Origin: an uncultured Acidobacteriota bacterium
Lineage (GTDB): Bacteria > Acidobacteriota > Thermoanaerobaculia > UBA5066 > Gp7-AA6
Assembly: GCA_963764715.1 (NCBI GenBank)
Contig: CAVXTP010000020.1
Location: 1 to 45,812, forward strand
Length of the DNA stretch: 45,812 nucleotides
Direction: 5' to 3'
The notes under the pieces were generated by a model. It was not told the origin of the DNA. It ran no database searches and was given only the letters and a program-made list of their open reading frames with translations. Positions 35,574-45,760 of this stretch are shown here, one piece after another (positions within the stretch are counted from its first letter, which is position 1; every line of letters starts with the position of its first letter). The position numbers and the translations under genes are program-made.

Positions 35574-36152
35574 CTACGGCGCCAGCGTCTCGAGGAGCGT
35601 CTTCAGGTCGTCCGCGTGCTCCTCCTCGACGGCGAGGATCGACTCCATCAGCCGCCGGGTCGTCGGGTCGTCGTTGCCGAGGTAGCGGACGATCTCGGAG
35701 TACGACTCGATCGCCACCCGCTCGGCGACGAGGTCCTCGTTGAGCATGTCGACGAGGGTCGTCCCCTCGACGTACTCGGAATGGCTCCGGGACGACAGCC
35801 CGTCGGGCGAAAAGTTCGGCTCGCCGCCGAGCTGGACGATCCGCGCCGCGATCGAGTCCGCGTGCTGCTGCTCCTCGTTGGCGTGCTCGAGGAACTCCTG
35901 GGCCACCGCCTGGGCGTGGATCCCGGCGGCCATGTAGTGGTGCCGCTTGTAGCGAAGGACGCAAACGATCTCGGTCGCGAGGGCTTCGTTGAGGACGCGG
36001 ACCACGGTGTCGCGATCGGCGCGGTAGCCCTCGGTCACGGCCCCCTTGTCCATGTGCTTTCGCGCGCGGGCACGGAGAGTCTGGATGTCGGAAAGGAACG
36101 GACGCTTCTCCGGCTTCGGGCCCTCCGCCTTCGTGTTGGGACGTTGTTTCAT
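35574..36152 (-). CDS. Bacterioferritin-like (ferritin-like) protein
   Basis: LNEALATEIVCVLRYKRH, EEQQHAD, EDLVAERVAIESY, EEEHADD; AAAGGA RBS before ATG 36152. Confidence 0.9.
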   Translation of the reverse strand: MKQRPNTKAEGPKPEKRPFLSDIQTLRARARKHMDKGAVTEGYRADRDTVVRVLNEALATEIVCVLRYKRHHYMAAGIHAQAVAQEFLEHANEEQQHADSIAARIVQLGGEPNFSPDGLSSRSHSEYVEGTTLVDMLNEDLVAERVAIESYSEIVRYLGNDDPTTRRLMESILAVEEEHADDLKTLLETLAP

Positions 36153-36206
36153 CTGTTGGTGTCCTTTCGGCCCGAATGTAATGCAATTCGCGGGCCGGCC
36201 TCTTTC

Positions 36207-36221
36207 TGGCACGGTCGTTGC
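36207..36221 (+). promoter_or_regulatory. Sigma54 -24/-12 promoter
   Basis: TGGCACG-GTCG-TTGC, a perfect consensus match just upstream of the DUF748 gene. Confidence 0.7.
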
Positions 36222-36234
36222 CTTCAGGGTTCCC

Positions 36235-37875
36235 ATGGCGCGCCCGATGCTCGCCTCCCGTCCGGAATGGCAGACGAGGCCCCGCCTCGTCGGCCCGGGG
36301 CCGCGGCGTGCCCGCACGGTCTTTCTCGTCCTGACGGGCATTCTCGTCCTCTTCATCGTTTCCCTGTTCTTCGTCGACGAGCCGCTCCGCCGCTCGATGG
36401 AGAGCCGCATGAACCGGAGCCTCAAGGGCTATTCCGTGCGGATCGAGCGCCTGCGCTTCAACCCCGTCAACGTGTCCCTGACCCTCGAGAACCTGGTGCT
36501 GCGCCAGGAGGCCAACCCCGACCCGCCCGTGCTCGAGCTCCCGCGACTCCACGCGAGCGTCCAGTGGAAGGAGCTCTTCGCCCTCAAGCTCGTCGCGGAC
36601 TTCGTCCTCGACCGGCCGCGCGTCTATTTCAACCTCCCGCAGCTGCGCGCGGAGGCGGCGGATCCGACGCCGCTCAAGGAGCGGGGCTGGCAGCAGGCGG
36701 TGGAGGAAATCTATCCCCTCAAGATCAACCGCCTCCTCGTCCGGGACGCGACGGTGACGTACGTCGACACGGACGCGGACCACCCCCTCGAGCTGACCGA
36801 CCTCGACATGGAGGCAGAGAACATCCGTAACATCCACTCGAAGGACCGCGTCTACCCCTCGCCGATCCACGCGACCGCCCGCATCTTCGAAAGCGGCCGC
36901 GGGTCGATCGACGGCCACGCGGATTTCCTCGCGGAGCCGTTTCCCGGCGTCCACGCCGTGGTGAAGCTGCAGGAGGTCCCGCTCGAGTCCTTCCGCCCGG
37001 TCGTGGCGCGGTCGAACCTCGCCCTGAAGGGGGGCATCCTGTCGCTCGCCGGCCGCATCGAGTACGGTCCCCGGATCCAGGGCGTCGACCTCGCCGATCT
37101 CACGATCCGAGGGATGAAAATCGACTACGTGCACAGCGCGCCGACCGCCGCCGCGGAATCCCGGCGCGCGAAGGACGTGTCACAGGCCGCGCGCAAGGTC
37201 ACGCGCGACCCCCGTTCGGCCCTCCACGTCGCCCGTTTCCGGCTGCTCGACACGGAGGCCGGCTTCGTCAACCGGGCCCACGACCCCGGCTACCGCGTCT
37301 TCCTCTCGCACGGGGACCTCGAGATCCTCAATTACTCGAACGATTTCCGCACCGGCGACGCGAAATTCAAGCTGTCGGGCAAGTTCATGGGCTCCGGCGC
37401 CGCGCGTGCGTCGGGCACGATGCGCAAGGAGAGCTCCGGCGGTCCGGACTTCGACCTCGATGCCGCGATCGAGGACACGCCGGTCACGGCGTTGAACGAT
37501 CTCTTCCGCTCCTACGGGAAGTTCGACGTCGCCGCGGGAATCTTTTCCTTCTACACCGAGCTCAAAGTCGCCCGCGGGCACATCGACGGCTACGTCAAGC
37601 CGCTCTTCCGCGACATGAAGGTTTACGACGAGCGCCAGGACGCCGAGAAGAGCGTCTTCAAGAAGCTCTACGAGAAGATCGTCGGCGGCGTCGCCGGCCT
37701 TCTCGAGAACCGTAAGACGGACGAGGTGGCGACCAAGGCCGACATCTCGGGGCCGGTCGGGAACGCCGGCGCGAGCACGCTGCAGGTCATCGGCCGGCTG
37801 ATCGAGAACGCGTTTTTCCGCGCGATCCTCCCGGGGTTCGAGGAGCAGGTCACGCGACGAAGCGCGAGGCGCTGA
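36235..37875 (+). CDS. DUF748 (AsmA-like) domain protein
   Basis: N-terminal TM; YPLKINRL, NDLFRSYGKFDVAAG, GYVKPLF, NAFFRAILPGF; start approximate. Confidence 0.8.
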   Translation: MARPMLASRPEWQTRPRLVGPGPRRARTVFLVLTGILVLFIVSLFFVDEPLRRSMESRMNRSLKGYSVRIERLRFNPVNVSLTLENLVLRQEANPDPPVLELPRLHASVQWKELFALKLVADFVLDRPRVYFNLPQLRAEAADPTPLKERGWQQAVEEIYPLKINRLLVRDATVTYVDTDADHPLELTDLDMEAENIRNIHSKDRVYPSPIHATARIFESGRGSIDGHADFLAEPFPGVHAVVKLQEVPLESFRPVVARSNLALKGGILSLAGRIEYGPRIQGVDLADLTIRGMKIDYVHSAPTAAAESRRAKDVSQAARKVTRDPRSALHVARFRLLDTEAGFVNRAHDPGYRVFLSHGDLEILNYSNDFRTGDAKFKLSGKFMGSGAARASGTMRKESSGGPDFDLDAAIEDTPVTALNDLFRSYGKFDVAAGIFSFYTELKVARGHIDGYVKPLFRDMKVYDERQDAEKSVFKKLYEKIVGGVAGLLENRKTDEVATKADISGPVGNAGASTLQVIGRLIENAFFRAILPGFEEQVTRRSARR

Positions 37876-37884
37876 GACCCCGCC

Positions 37885-39057
37885 GTGGTCTTCATTCAGG
37901 CGCTCGTCGAGCTCGGCCGGCGCTCTCTCGGGAAGGTCTTCCAGTCGATCTTCGGCTGGTCCGTCAACGTCATCTTCGGGGCCGTCGGCAAGGACGAGAA
38001 GACCCTGCTCTCGGCAGCCGTGGCGGGCGCCGCGTTCTGGCCCGTGCTGCTTGCCGGGACCGTGTTTCCGCGGATCGCGGCCTTCGTCCTGGCGTTCATT
38101 CCGATGCGCAAGTCGATTCCGGACGGCGTCCTGCGCGCAGGGTGGATCGCGCTGGCCGTGGCGGTGCCGCTCTTCGTCGGCTGGGTGGTCGAGCGACGCC
38201 GGGAAGGCGGCTGGTCCGTTCGGCGCATCCTCTCGGGGTTTCCCGTCACGCTCGGGATCGCGGCCGCATTTCTCGTCGCCTTCGTCGTGGTTCCGATCCA
38301 GAAGCTCGCTGCCTTCGTCCGAGGGGAGAGGTCGGAGCACGTCCCGCTCATCGTCGAGGACTCCGACGCGGAGCCGGTGTCACGAAGGTTGCGTGAGACT
38401 CTCGCCGCGGCCCGCTTCACGCTCGCCGTCGCGGAGCCCCCGCGCCTCCAGAAGCTGATCTCGGCGATCCTGCGCGCTACGTCGGTCGCGGCGGGACGGG
38501 GAGACGCCGCGCCGCCCCGTTACTACGCCGGCGAAAGGCTCAGTTTGTCCTTCAGCGCCAACGGCGTCGATCTTCGCGGCCGCCCCTCGGACGTCCTCCG
38601 CGCGCACTCCCTGATCGCCGAGCGCGCGACGGAGCTGCCCGCGCTGCAGACGACCGATCCGGAGGCCCAGGAGCTCGAGCGGCGCATCCGCCGGGCGTGG
38701 ACCCGGAGACGTGACGCGACGGGCGCGTTTCCCCGGGAGCTGCGCGCCCTCGCCCGGGAGCTCTCGGTGCTGGATTGCCCGTACGACGAGTGGCAGATCG
38801 TGTATCGCGAGGTGCTGCAGCTCCATCTTGACGTGAGCGGCGAGAAGCAGCTCCTTTCGAGCACTCTCGGCGCCGAAAGCCGGCGGATGCGCGCCGAATC
38901 GTCGCGTCTGGCGGCCCTGCGGCGCCGCGCGGCGCGGCAGGCCCGGGCCGGCGGGTTCCGCGCGCTCGAGAAGGCCACCGGCGCGATGGGAGTGTTCGCG
39001 CGCCGCCTGGCGCGCCAGCTGCCGGGCGCGGCCGTCCGACTCCTGCGCCGCCGCTGA
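37885..39057 (+). CDS. Hypothetical membrane protein
   Basis: 390-aa ORF with N-terminal TM helices, 10 nt downstream of the DUF748 gene. Confidence 0.65.
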   Translation: MVFIQALVELGRRSLGKVFQSIFGWSVNVIFGAVGKDEKTLLSAAVAGAAFWPVLLAGTVFPRIAAFVLAFIPMRKSIPDGVLRAGWIALAVAVPLFVGWVVERRREGGWSVRRILSGFPVTLGIAAAFLVAFVVVPIQKLAAFVRGERSEHVPLIVEDSDAEPVSRRLRETLAAARFTLAVAEPPRLQKLISAILRATSVAAGRGDAAPPRYYAGERLSLSFSANGVDLRGRPSDVLRAHSLIAERATELPALQTTDPEAQELERRIRRAWTRRRDATGAFPRELRALARELSVLDCPYDEWQIVYREVLQLHLDVSGEKQLLSSTLGAESRRMRAESSRLAALRRRAARQARAGGFRALEKATGAMGVFARRLARQLPGAAVRLLRRR

Positions 39058-39089
39058 GCCGTCTTCGGGCGCTGGTCCATAATGCGCCC

Positions 39090-39189
39090 GGAAGCGCACG
39101 GGGTCCGGTGACCCTCGCGGACTTCAAATCCGTCGGCGTCGCGGCCTCGCGCCGGGACGGGTGGGTTCGACTCCCACACGCTTCCGCCA
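39090..39189 (+). tRNA. selC: tRNA-Sec (UCA)
   Basis: GGAAGCGC acceptor stem; GCGGA-CTTCAAA-TCCGT anticodon arm; long variable arm; GTGGG-TTCGACT-CCCAC; ends GCCA; CATAAT -10 upstream. Confidence 0.93.
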
Positions 39190-39247
39190 ATCCATGTCGC
39201 CCGCCAGGGCGGCTTGGACCGCCGTGGCGGGAAGAGTCGGACGCGGG

Positions 39248-40423
39248 TCACTGGACCACGATGGTTCCGGTCATGGACGCGCCGTGCGGCGTGCAGTGAT
39301 ACGGGAACGATCCGGCCTGGGTGAACTTCCGCTCGAACGTCATCCCGGATCCGGTCCCCGAGTCCCAGAGCCCGTCCGGGCGGCAGCCGCCCGAGCAGGA
39401 TCCCGAGGTCGTCGAGTGAGATCCGCCGACCCAGACCCAGCGCACCGTGTCGCCGACGTGGATCGTCGTCGTGTCGGAGCCGCTCCTCTGGTCGATGAAG
39501 TTGAGCCCTCCCTGGCCGACGTTGACGACCGCCGTCTGGCCCTGCGGAGCCGGAGTCGGCGTCGGCGTTGGCCTCGGCGTGGTCTGGGGGGTCGGGGTGA
39601 GCGTGGGCGCTGGCGGCGGAAGGTGGTCCGGAGGCGCCGGAACGTCCTGCGCGCCGATCACCAGGAACGGATCGGTGGTCTCGTTGTCGATGACCGCCGC
39701 GTAGCTGAAAACCTCGGCGGTGGCGGTCACGACGATGACGGCGTCGTTGATCGAATCCGACCCGCGGCCGATCGCGCTGAAGATGTTGTTGATCTGGACG
39801 CCGGAATGCGCGGCGATCGGTCGCGTCTGGCTCCCGAGAATCTGCCCGGCGGCGTTGAACACATCGAAGCGCGCGGAGATCGCAGCGTCGCCGGGATTGA
39901 AGGCGCCCGCATTCGTCCGGAAGCCGCGGCCCGGCCCGCCGTTGGCGATCTGCGCGAGGAACGTCACCGGCTGCGCCGCCGACGTGAGGAGGCCGGGGAT
40001 GAACATGCCGACCGTCGGCTCCGGGGACGTCGAGTAGAGCCGGCTCGTAATCCCGATGTCCACCGCGCTGCCGCCTCCGGTCACCTCGAACTCGACACCG
40101 CCCGCGGAGTTCGGCGCCGAGAACGCCACGCCGATCATGTCGTCGTAGGCCCTGGCCTCCCGCGGCCCGACCACGATCTGCAGCCCGCGATCCACCGTGG
40201 GACAGTCGCCGATGAAGCAGCGGTACGTCGCCTCGAGCGAGATCGTCGCATCGTAGGACGTGTTGAAGACGCGCACGTCCGAGAAGAAGGGCGCCGCGCC
40301 CACGATCGACGCCGCCGTCGGCAGCGTGATCCGGTTCGGATCGTCGAGAGCGGTCGCCCGACCGCCGACACCGAGGAGAGTGACGAGCGCGAGGAACGCG
40401 AAACGAGACAACCGAATCTTCAT
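39248..40423 (-). CDS. Secreted protein with a C-terminal plastocyanin/azurin-type cupredoxin domain
   Basis: Signal peptide; Pro/Thr linker; GDTVRW..HSTT and YHCTPHGASM type-1 Cu ligands. Confidence 0.85.
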   Translation of the reverse strand: MKIRLSRFAFLALVTLLGVGGRATALDDPNRITLPTAASIVGAAPFFSDVRVFNTSYDATISLEATYRCFIGDCPTVDRGLQIVVGPREARAYDDMIGVAFSAPNSAGGVEFEVTGGGSAVDIGITSRLYSTSPEPTVGMFIPGLLTSAAQPVTFLAQIANGGPGRGFRTNAGAFNPGDAAISARFDVFNAAGQILGSQTRPIAAHSGVQINNIFSAIGRGSDSINDAVIVVTATAEVFSYAAVIDNETTDPFLVIGAQDVPAPPDHLPPPAPTLTPTPQTTPRPTPTPTPAPQGQTAVVNVGQGGLNFIDQRSGSDTTTIHVGDTVRWVWVGGSHSTTSGSCSGGCRPDGLWDSGTGSGMTFERKFTQAGSFPYHCTPHGASMTGTIVVQ

Positions 40424-40765
40424 GGCCGTCCTCCATTCACCATTCGCCGTTGTGGGTCCACGGCGAGCAACGTTTCGCGAGCGGCCGCTCATCCCGTTTA
40501 ACCCGACGCTAAGACGCACTCACACGCGGCGCCGTGGCGCGACTCTCAAGAGTTTCTAAGTATCGCGACGCCGCGCCTCGCGATGAGATTGGGCGCGGCC
40601 GGGACGCGCGAGCGGCGAATGCAGGGTCCGTCGCGTGGCACTTCTCCGAGGACGCTGCGCGGTCGCCGAAGCAGGAATTGCGACTCGCGATCGGAAACCG
40701 CGACTCCGCGGACGGTACCGCGCCGTGCCGCTGCAGGCGGGTCGCGCGCTCGTGCGCGCTCGACG

Positions 40766-42265
40766 TCAGCGCGGCGTTTTCGCGGCCGCGACGAGCTCGA
40801 GGAGCTTCTCCCAGGGCGTCGGGTCGCTGTGCATCGCGAAGACGGTCCGGACCCGCAGCTTCTCGCGCCGCGCGACCTCGGCGACCTCCCAGGCGTACTC
40901 CGGCGGTCCGCCCCGGCCGGCCTGGAAGAGATCGCTCGCGTAGAGGAGGCCGTGCTCGGGCAGGAAGGCGAGCATCATGCGCTCTCCGGTCTCGACGCGG
41001 GCGGGAAAGAGCTCGATCCGGTTCGGGCCGTCGCCGATCACGGTGCGCCGGGACACGGGATGGAGGATCGGCTTGCGGGGCGCGCGGGCGAGCGCGTCGG
41101 GGTGGAAGCGATGCGGGCTTTCGAGGGCGCGGCGGATCTGCGGAACGTTGTGGTCGAGAAGGTAGACGGGGATTCCGCGGGCCGCGTACTCCCGGATGCC
41201 GCCGAAATGGGGCCAGGAATCCGACGTTGTCACGACGGCCTTGACGGCCGTGCCGGGGAACCGGCGCCCCGCCTCTTCGAGCACGCGGGCAGAGTAACCG
41301 GCGGAGATCGGAGCCTCGAGCACGACGACACCGTCCTTCTGACGGACGAGCGCCACGCCCCAGGAGCCCGGCACGTAGACGACGCCGGGCGCGAGCTCCA
41401 CGGCGGGACGCGACGGGTCCCCGAACGCGGGGTCCTCCAGCGAGCGACTCGAGCGCGTGGCGAACGCTTGCTTCGCGGCGTCGGGTATGACGAAGGCGTC
41501 GGCCGGCGGCATCGCGCCGGGCTCGATCTTCGTGATCGTGAGCGAGCGCCAGTGCCGCCCCCCGCGCTCGACGTCCCACTGTAAAGGGTAGAAGAGGCCG
41601 CCCGGCCGGATGTCCCAGTACGAATACGCGACGCGGGTGGTCACGTCGCCCCAGATCTGCCAGTAGAGGCTCTCCGGATACGGCCGCCGGATCTCGACCG
41701 CTGTGAGGAAGCCGGTCTCGCTGTTCAGAAATACTCGCTTCCGGCCTTCGCCCGAACCGAACGAGACGGCATGGTGAGGTACGCCCTGCAGGGTCGTGTC
41801 GGGTTCCCGCCGCAGGTCGGGGGCCGCGGCGGCATAGAGGAGGAGCTGCTGCGGCGCCAGCGCCATCCACTCCTGCGCCTCGACGATGTCGGCCTTGCTC
41901 GCGGGCCCCCACGATTCCCCGAACCGCCGCGCAGCCGCTCCGTCGGCGACGATTGTCCGCATCGAGTAGGTCGTGTCGGCGATCGCCGCTTCGGTCGTCT
42001 CGTCCCACCGCCCGGCCCGAGCGTCCCAGAGCTCCGTCGTCCGCTCGATCTGGGGGATCCAGGGGCCCTCCGGCCGCTCGGACTGCTCGAGCAGGTTGCG
42101 ATAGCCGACCCATTCGAGGCGCATCGTCGCGAGCGATGAGAGCGCGTCCTGTCCGCCCATGCGCTCGACGGCGATCTCGACCAGCCGGAGCGCGGAGGGG
42201 TCGGGCCCGCCCGTGGCGACCGTGGCGTGTGCCGCGGCTGCGGCGAGAAGCAGGGTATTCAGCAC
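40766..42265 (-). CDS. Secreted MBL-fold protein with an atypical metal motif
   Basis: Signal peptide; VVVLEAP, AVVTTSDSWPHFGGIREY, LLYASDLF, AMH. Confidence 0.75.
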   Translation of the reverse strand: MLNTLLLAAAAAHATVATGGPDPSALRLVEIAVERMGGQDALSSLATMRLEWVGYRNLLEQSERPEGPWIPQIERTTELWDARAGRWDETTEAAIADTTYSMRTIVADGAAARRFGESWGPASKADIVEAQEWMALAPQQLLLYAAAAPDLRREPDTTLQGVPHHAVSFGSGEGRKRVFLNSETGFLTAVEIRRPYPESLYWQIWGDVTTRVAYSYWDIRPGGLFYPLQWDVERGGRHWRSLTITKIEPGAMPPADAFVIPDAAKQAFATRSSRSLEDPAFGDPSRPAVELAPGVVYVPGSWGVALVRQKDGVVVLEAPISAGYSARVLEEAGRRFPGTAVKAVVTTSDSWPHFGGIREYAARGIPVYLLDHNVPQIRRALESPHRFHPDALARAPRKPILHPVSRRTVIGDGPNRIELFPARVETGERMMLAFLPEHGLLYASDLFQAGRGGPPEYAWEVAEVARREKLRVRTVFAMHSDPTPWEKLLELVAAAKTPR

Positions 42266-42436
42266 GGATGGTTCTCCTTGCGGATGCCTACGAAGCTCCC
42301 GCCGCCAAGGTTCTGCCGAGCCCGGATCGCCAGGAGGAAGGCGTCGAGAGCCAGTGGAGACCCAGGGCCGGCCGCCCCGGACGGTGAGCGACCGGGGCGA
42401 GCCGACGCCGAGGTGGGTTTCGGCGGCCGTGACGCC

Positions 42437-43609
42437 TCAGGCTCCGACTTTCGGCGCCCGTCGTTCGGCCGGGCTCGTCGGCTGACCGCGAAGCACCCGC
42501 TCCACGGTCCTCGGGCCGGCGTCGGCGTGCTCGAGCGCGGAATGGTCGGTGAGCACCTCGTCGCTCAGATATGAGGCGAGCCAGATGCGCTCGATGATCG
42601 GATATGCCGCGACTATCGGCAGCGCGAGGATGGCGCCCGCAACGCCGAAGAGCTCGCCCCCGACGATGAGCGCCGTGAGCACGACCAGGCTCGACAGGCG
42701 GAGGCGATTCCCGTAAACGCGGGGGATGATCACGTAGTTCTCGAGCACGTGATAGGCCGCATACAGGCCGAGAACGATCAGCGCCGTCCCGGGCGACACG
42801 GACAGCGCGATCGCCACGGGCAGCACGGTCGCGATGATGATGCCGAGCACCGGGATGACGTCACAGAGAGCGGCGACAAGCGCCATCGGCATGGCGGCGG
42901 GGACGTGGAGCAGGCTCAACACCGTGAACGCGAAGAGCCCGAAGAGCGCCGAAGTCAGGAGCTGGCCCTGGACGTAGGCCGTGATGACGCGCGAGACCTC
43001 CAGCGTGGTCTCGCCCATGCGGTGCCGGTGCCGTCGCGGCACGTAGGCGAGCAGCCAGGCATAGGCGCGGCGTCCGTCGACGAGCAGATAGATGACCAGG
43101 GCGAGCCCGACGATCGCCGCGGTGACGCCGACGACGGCGAGCTGCCCCCAGGCGAGCGGCCGCTTCAGCGACGCGGCCACTTCCGGCGATGACGGCAGCG
43201 CGAGCGCCTGGACCACGATCCCGCGGACGAAGGCGGGCTGGCCGGCCAGCCGCTGCTCGGCGTTCGTCCGGTAGGTCCGATAGTTGTCGACGAGCGTCGA
43301 AAGCTGGGCGAAGAGCTCGGGAAGGACGAGCCAGACCACGGCGGCGCCGCAGGCGACGAACAGACCCGCCACCAGCATCACCGCGACCCCTCGCTTCAGT
43401 CCTCGCTTCTCAAGCGCCTCGATGGCCGGGGCCAGGGCCAGTGCGAGGAGGGTCGCGATGAGGAACAGGAGGATCGCCGAACCGAGCTCCAGCAGAGCCC
43501 AGACGAGAGCCGCCGCGATCAAGACCTTGAGGATCGTCGAGACGGGAACACGCAACTCGACGGACGAGCGCGTCTCGTCCGGGATCACGCTCCGCGGGTT
43601 GCCCGCCAC
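42437..43609 (-). CDS. AI-2E family transporter
   Basis: Multi-TM; YVQGQLL, IPVLG, LENYVIIPRVYG, GGELFGVAGAILALP. Confidence 0.9.
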   Translation of the reverse strand: MAGNPRSVIPDETRSSVELRVPVSTILKVLIAAALVWALLELGSAILLFLIATLLALALAPAIEALEKRGLKRGVAVMLVAGLFVACGAAVVWLVLPELFAQLSTLVDNYRTYRTNAEQRLAGQPAFVRGIVVQALALPSSPEVAASLKRPLAWGQLAVVGVTAAIVGLALVIYLLVDGRRAYAWLLAYVPRRHRHRMGETTLEVSRVITAYVQGQLLTSALFGLFAFTVLSLLHVPAAMPMALVAALCDVIPVLGIIIATVLPVAIALSVSPGTALIVLGLYAAYHVLENYVIIPRVYGNRLRLSSLVVLTALIVGGELFGVAGAILALPIVAAYPIIERIWLASYLSDEVLTDHSALEHADAGPRTVERVLRGQPTSPAERRAPKVGA

Positions 43610-43741
43610 TCAGTCCATCCCCGTCTTCGCATGAGGTTCCCGGACTTCCCTGGACCGGGGGGAACCCACCTGGCGCAACGCGGTCGTCAAGGCGTTCTCG
43701 CGAAGGAACCGACGCATGACAGGCTCTCGCCGGGTTTTCAT
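43610..43741 (-). pseudogene. 43-aa ORF resembling an internally deleted DUF6766-type membrane protein
   Basis: MKTRREPVMRRFLRENALTTALRQVGSPRSREVREPHAKTGMD*; both ends resemble the family termini as I recall them, with the TM core absent. Confidence 0.4.
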
Positions 43742-43837
43742 GTGAATGGGTGCCCTTGAATGAAGACCGGCCCCGTCGGGCAGGGGTCCTGATTTCGAAC
43801 GGCCCTCTCCCGGAGGGAGGGTTCGAAGATCCCGAAG

Positions 43838-43853
43838 TGCATGCCGTGTGCCA
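43838..43853 (-). promoter_or_regulatory. Sigma54 -24/-12-like promoter
   Basis: TGGCAC-ACGGC-ATGCA upstream of the 43741 ORF and the AI-2E gene. Confidence 0.55.
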
Positions 43854-43914
43854 TCCCGGGCGAACGACCCGGGCAGACGCCGACATCGCGGGGACCCGCG
43901 CGGACGAGGAGGAC

Positions 43915-45760
43915 TCAGGCCGGCGGGCCGGGCTGCAGGCCCGACGCCGGAGGCAGGAGAGCCGTTCGGGTCCGGGTCTCACGCTTGTGGGCGCTTTTCG
44001 CCGGCAGGCGGACGGTGAAGGTGATCCGCCCGTCGCCGCACGCGACCCGGATCGAGCCGCCGTGGGCCCGGACGATCTCGCGGCTGATGTAGAGGCCGAG
44101 GCCCAGGCCGCGGGACGGCCGGCGCTGCTCGCCGGTTCCCCGGCGGAAGGGCTCGAAGATGGCGTCCCGCGTGGCCTCCGGGATCTCCGGGCCCCGGTTG
44201 GAGACCTCGAGGACGGCGTCGTCGCCGTCGCGGGACGTCGTGATCTCGACGGGCTCGGCCGCCGAGCCGTGGTCGAGGGCATTGACGACCAGATTCGAGA
44301 CGACCTGCGCGAGGCGGTCGGCGTCCCACTCCCCGGACAGATCCTCCCCCTGGCCGAACCGGAATCGGCCGGGGGACTGCGCCTCGATCTCGCCGAGGAC
44401 GGTCCGGCAGACCGCCCGCAGGTCGCAGGGGTGGGGGGAGATCTCGATCCCGCCCCCGAGGCGGGTCCGCGTGAAGTCGAGGAGCTGGCCGATCATGCGG
44501 GTCATCCGGTCGCCGCTGCCGGCCATCCGCGTGACGACGTGCTGGAGGGACTCGGGAGCGTGGCGCCGGAGGTAGAAGAGCGAGGCGGTGATCGCGTTCA
44601 GCGGGTTCCGCAGGTCGTGACCGAGCGTGGCCAGGAACATCTCGCGCGTCCGTTCGCGGTCGCGCTCGATCTCGCGCCAGACGCTGAGGTCGCGCGCCGT
44701 CTTCGAGACGGCGATGATCTTCCCCGTCTCGTCGCGGACCGGCGAGGCGGTGACGGAGACCTCGATCAGCGTTCCGTCCTTGCGGCGCCGGATCGTCTCG
44801 TAGTGCTCGACGCGCTCCCCGCGCGCGATTCGCGAGATGATCCCGAGGTAATCCTCGCTGCGCTCGAGCGGCATGAGGATCTGGATCGACCGGCCGATCA
44901 TCTCGTCGGCGCTGTATCCGAAGAGCCGCTCGGCCGCCGAGTTCCAGGAGAGAACGCGGCCTTCGAGATCCTTGGAGATGATCGCGTCGTCGCTCGAGCT
45001 CACGATGGCCGCGAGCTGGCGCGCGGCCTGCTCGCCGACGCGGCGATCGGTGACGTTCGCGGCGACGCCGGTCACCTGGAAGACCCGGCCGCCCTTCGAG
45101 ATCGCGCGTCCCTGGGCATTGATCCACTGGACGGAACCGACGGGCGGCTGGATGCGAAAGCTCAGGTCGAAGTCGGCGCCCTCGCGCACCGCGCGATCCA
45201 GGGCGTCTTCCACGCGGGGAGCATCATCCGGGCAAACGAATCGCAGGAATCCGCGGATGCCGTCGCCCAAGGATCCGCGCGCCAGCCCGAGAACGGCCTC
45301 GAAGTTCGAGGACCAGGTCGCCTTGCCGGAGGCGACGTCCACAGTCCAGTAGCCCATGTGCGCCGCGTCGAGAGCCTGGTCGAGGGTCTCCTTTCGGGCA
45401 TCCGCCAGCTCCCGGGCGCGTCGCGCCTGTTCGATCGCGACCACAATGGTGGCGCCGACCGGGGAGAAAGAGCGCGTACGCGGCCCAGTCCGCTCGGCCC
45501 CGACATCCACCATCGGATGCGCGGCTCGAAAACGAGCCCCCCGAGAATGGAGGAAGCCGCGAGCGCGAAGAACCCGGGCCCGAGCCCGCCGAGCCAGCTC
45601 GCGACCATGATCGCGGGAAAGAAGTAGAGGAACGGCAAGAACGCGCGCCTCCGAGGGGAATCGTGACGACGCGGAGAAACTGGGCGAGCAGGACCGCCGC
45701 GAACGCAACCGCGTAACGGCTCGCGGTCGAGGAGAGGAAGCTGCGCGACGTGAAATTCAT
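43915..45760 (-). CDS. Sensor histidine kinase: DUF4118-like TM domain, 2 PAS, HisKA, HATPase; frameshifted
   Basis: PFLYFFPAIMVASWLGGLGPG; AAIVSSSDDAIISK; LGHDLRNPL; NLVVNALDHG; GLGLGLYI; GGAGG RBS. Confidence 0.88.

Noticed and set aside
20925-39089. A single integrative island between tRNA-Ala and tRNA-Sec
   Set aside because: No integrase or transfer genes, and no tRNA-end repeat was seen beyond 22504.
42330-42435. Riboswitch upstream of the MBL-fold gene
   Set aside because: Only short GC hairpins; no recognisable aptamer consensus.
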